Assembly: GCA_036508755.1 (NCBI GenBank)
Contig: DATCGV010000081.1
Location: forward strand, 67,062 to 131,061
Length of the DNA: 64,000 nt
Origin: Candidatus Limnocylindrales bacterium
GTDB taxonomy: Bacteria; Chloroflexota; Limnocylindria; Limnocylindrales; CSP1-4
Direction of reading: 5' to 3'
Shown here: in pieces, positions 63,402 through 64,000 of the stretch
Layout: each line of letters begins with the position of its first letter
How positions within the stretch are numbered: position 1 is the first letter of the stretch
Notes under the pieces: generated by a model
Databases searched by the model: none
The model's input: only the letters and a program-made list of their open reading frames with translations
Told to the model about the DNA's origin: nothing
Translations under genes and position numbers: made by a program

Positions 63402-63851
63402 ATGAGCTATCTCCGCGCAACGGGCGCCGACACGCCGCGCATCTCGTTTGATGGTCCAGACGCCGACTACAGGGCCGGCGACTACAGGCCCGGCGCGTGC
63501 AACATCGGCCGCGCAGAGATCCGGAGCAGGTGGCGCTTCGGCCATCTGATGCTGCTCGTCGCCATTGCTCTGTACGCCGTGCTCGTGCTCGCCCACACTC
63601 CGGCGCTCATCCGCTTCGTCGTGGCCGCGCCGGCGGCCGTCGGAGCTGCCTGCTACCTCGAGGCGGCGCTGAAGTTCTGTGTCAGGTTCGGAATGAGGGG
63701 TCTGTTCAACTTCGGCGCGCTTGGTGCCGAAGCCAAAGTCGTCGACTCGCAAGCTCGAGCTCGTGATCGGCGGCGCGCAGCTCAGCTCTCAGCCGCATCG
63801 CTGGTCGTCGCGCTATTGATCGGGACGGTCGCAGTCCTTCTGCCCTTCTAG
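63402..63851 (+). CDS. small membrane protein, unknown function
   Basis: 149 aa with three hydrophobic helices. A GACNIGRAEIRSRW segment precedes TM1 and is reminiscent of YgaP/DUF2892-like proteins (weak). Confidence 0.55.
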   Translation: MSYLRATGADTPRISFDGPDADYRAGDYRPGACNIGRAEIRSRWRFGHLMLLVAIALYAVLVLAHTPALIRFVVAAPAAVGAACYLEAALKFCVRFGMRGLFNFGALGAEAKVVDSQARARDRRRAAQLSAASLVVALLIGTVAVLLPF

Positions 63852-63884
63852 ATCGGCGCGAATGACCGTCCGGATCGAATCGAG

Positions 63885-64000
63885 CTAGGCCGGGACGGCG
63901 GCCAGCTCCGTGGCGATCAACCTTGCCCATTCGTCGATCTCAGCCCATGGTCGGTAGTCGCCGTACACGGGATGGACCATGCGCACGATCGTCCGTTCCA
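63885..64000 (-). CDS. hypothetical protein, C-terminal fragment (gene starts beyond right edge)
   Basis: The reverse complement reads ..ERTIVRMVHPVYGDYRPWAEIDEWARLIATELAAVPA then stop (TAG, 63887-63885). High GC3. Confidence 0.5.
   Translation of the reverse strand, partial: ERTIVRMVHPVYGDYRPWAEIDEWARLIATELAAVPA

Overview
64-kb, very GC-rich (roughly 68-70% by eye), gene-dense chromosomal segment. I call about 62 protein-coding genes. I found no rRNA, tRNA, CRISPR array, transposase, integrase or phage structural gene, so this reads as core chromosome rather than an accessory island. All family calls rest on motifs recognised by eye; no searches were run. HemQ-type heme synthesis, FemAB, Eis-like GNAT, PAC2, ArsA-HSP20, Pro/Thr-rich lipoprotein linkers and many GTG/TTG starts suggest a high-GC monoderm-type lineage (Actinomycetota- or Chloroflexota-like). 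Main blocks: (1) 0.7-9.2 kb: a hydrolase, a secreted multi-domain protein, adenosine deaminase, then a zinc-ribbon / ParB-fold / metallophosphoesterase / ArsA-HSP20 / Eis-like stretch. (2) 9.3-20.9 kb: envelope proteases (S41 Ctp, HtrA-like), HxlR regulator, PepN, GH15, DEAD-box helicase, FemAB. (3) 21-29.6 kb: redox and repair genes, including a frameshifted HhH-GPD gene, then a GH25 muramidase with two tandem M14 carboxypeptidases, an O-methyltransferase and an odd Gln-rich membrane protein. (4) 29.7-38.5 kb: a minus-strand GlcNAc/chitooligosaccharide-type operon (ROK regulator, ROK kinase, binding protein, two permeases, GH3 NagZ-like, SIS protein). (5) 38.7-42.3 kb: GH1 beta-glucosidase plus an OmpR/HisKA two-component pair. 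(6) 42.7-51.3 kb: an eight-gene heme operon of the coproporphyrin-dependent type, tightly coupled, with a HemC-HemD fusion and an HTH regulator at its head. (7) 51.4-64 kb: PAC2, RIO kinase, PPOX-like protein, GAF-GGDEF-EAL protein, membrane glycosyltransferase, YciI, MFS, a lipoprotein coupled to a DoxX-Rieske fusion, cupin, DedA. I see no clear-cut novel multi-gene system. The best candidates for a second look are the translationally coupled ParB-fold/metallophosphoesterase pair, the lipoprotein + DoxX-Rieske pair, the secreted caspase-like/FlgD-Ig protein, a family of related intergenic repeat elements (loci near 4.5, 28.0, 38.65 and 42.6 kb), and the 400-nt structured gap upstream of the O-methyltransferase. 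Two genes (histidine kinase, MFS) lack a canonical start codon that would include their first transmembrane helix, and one gene carries a 1-nt frameshift.
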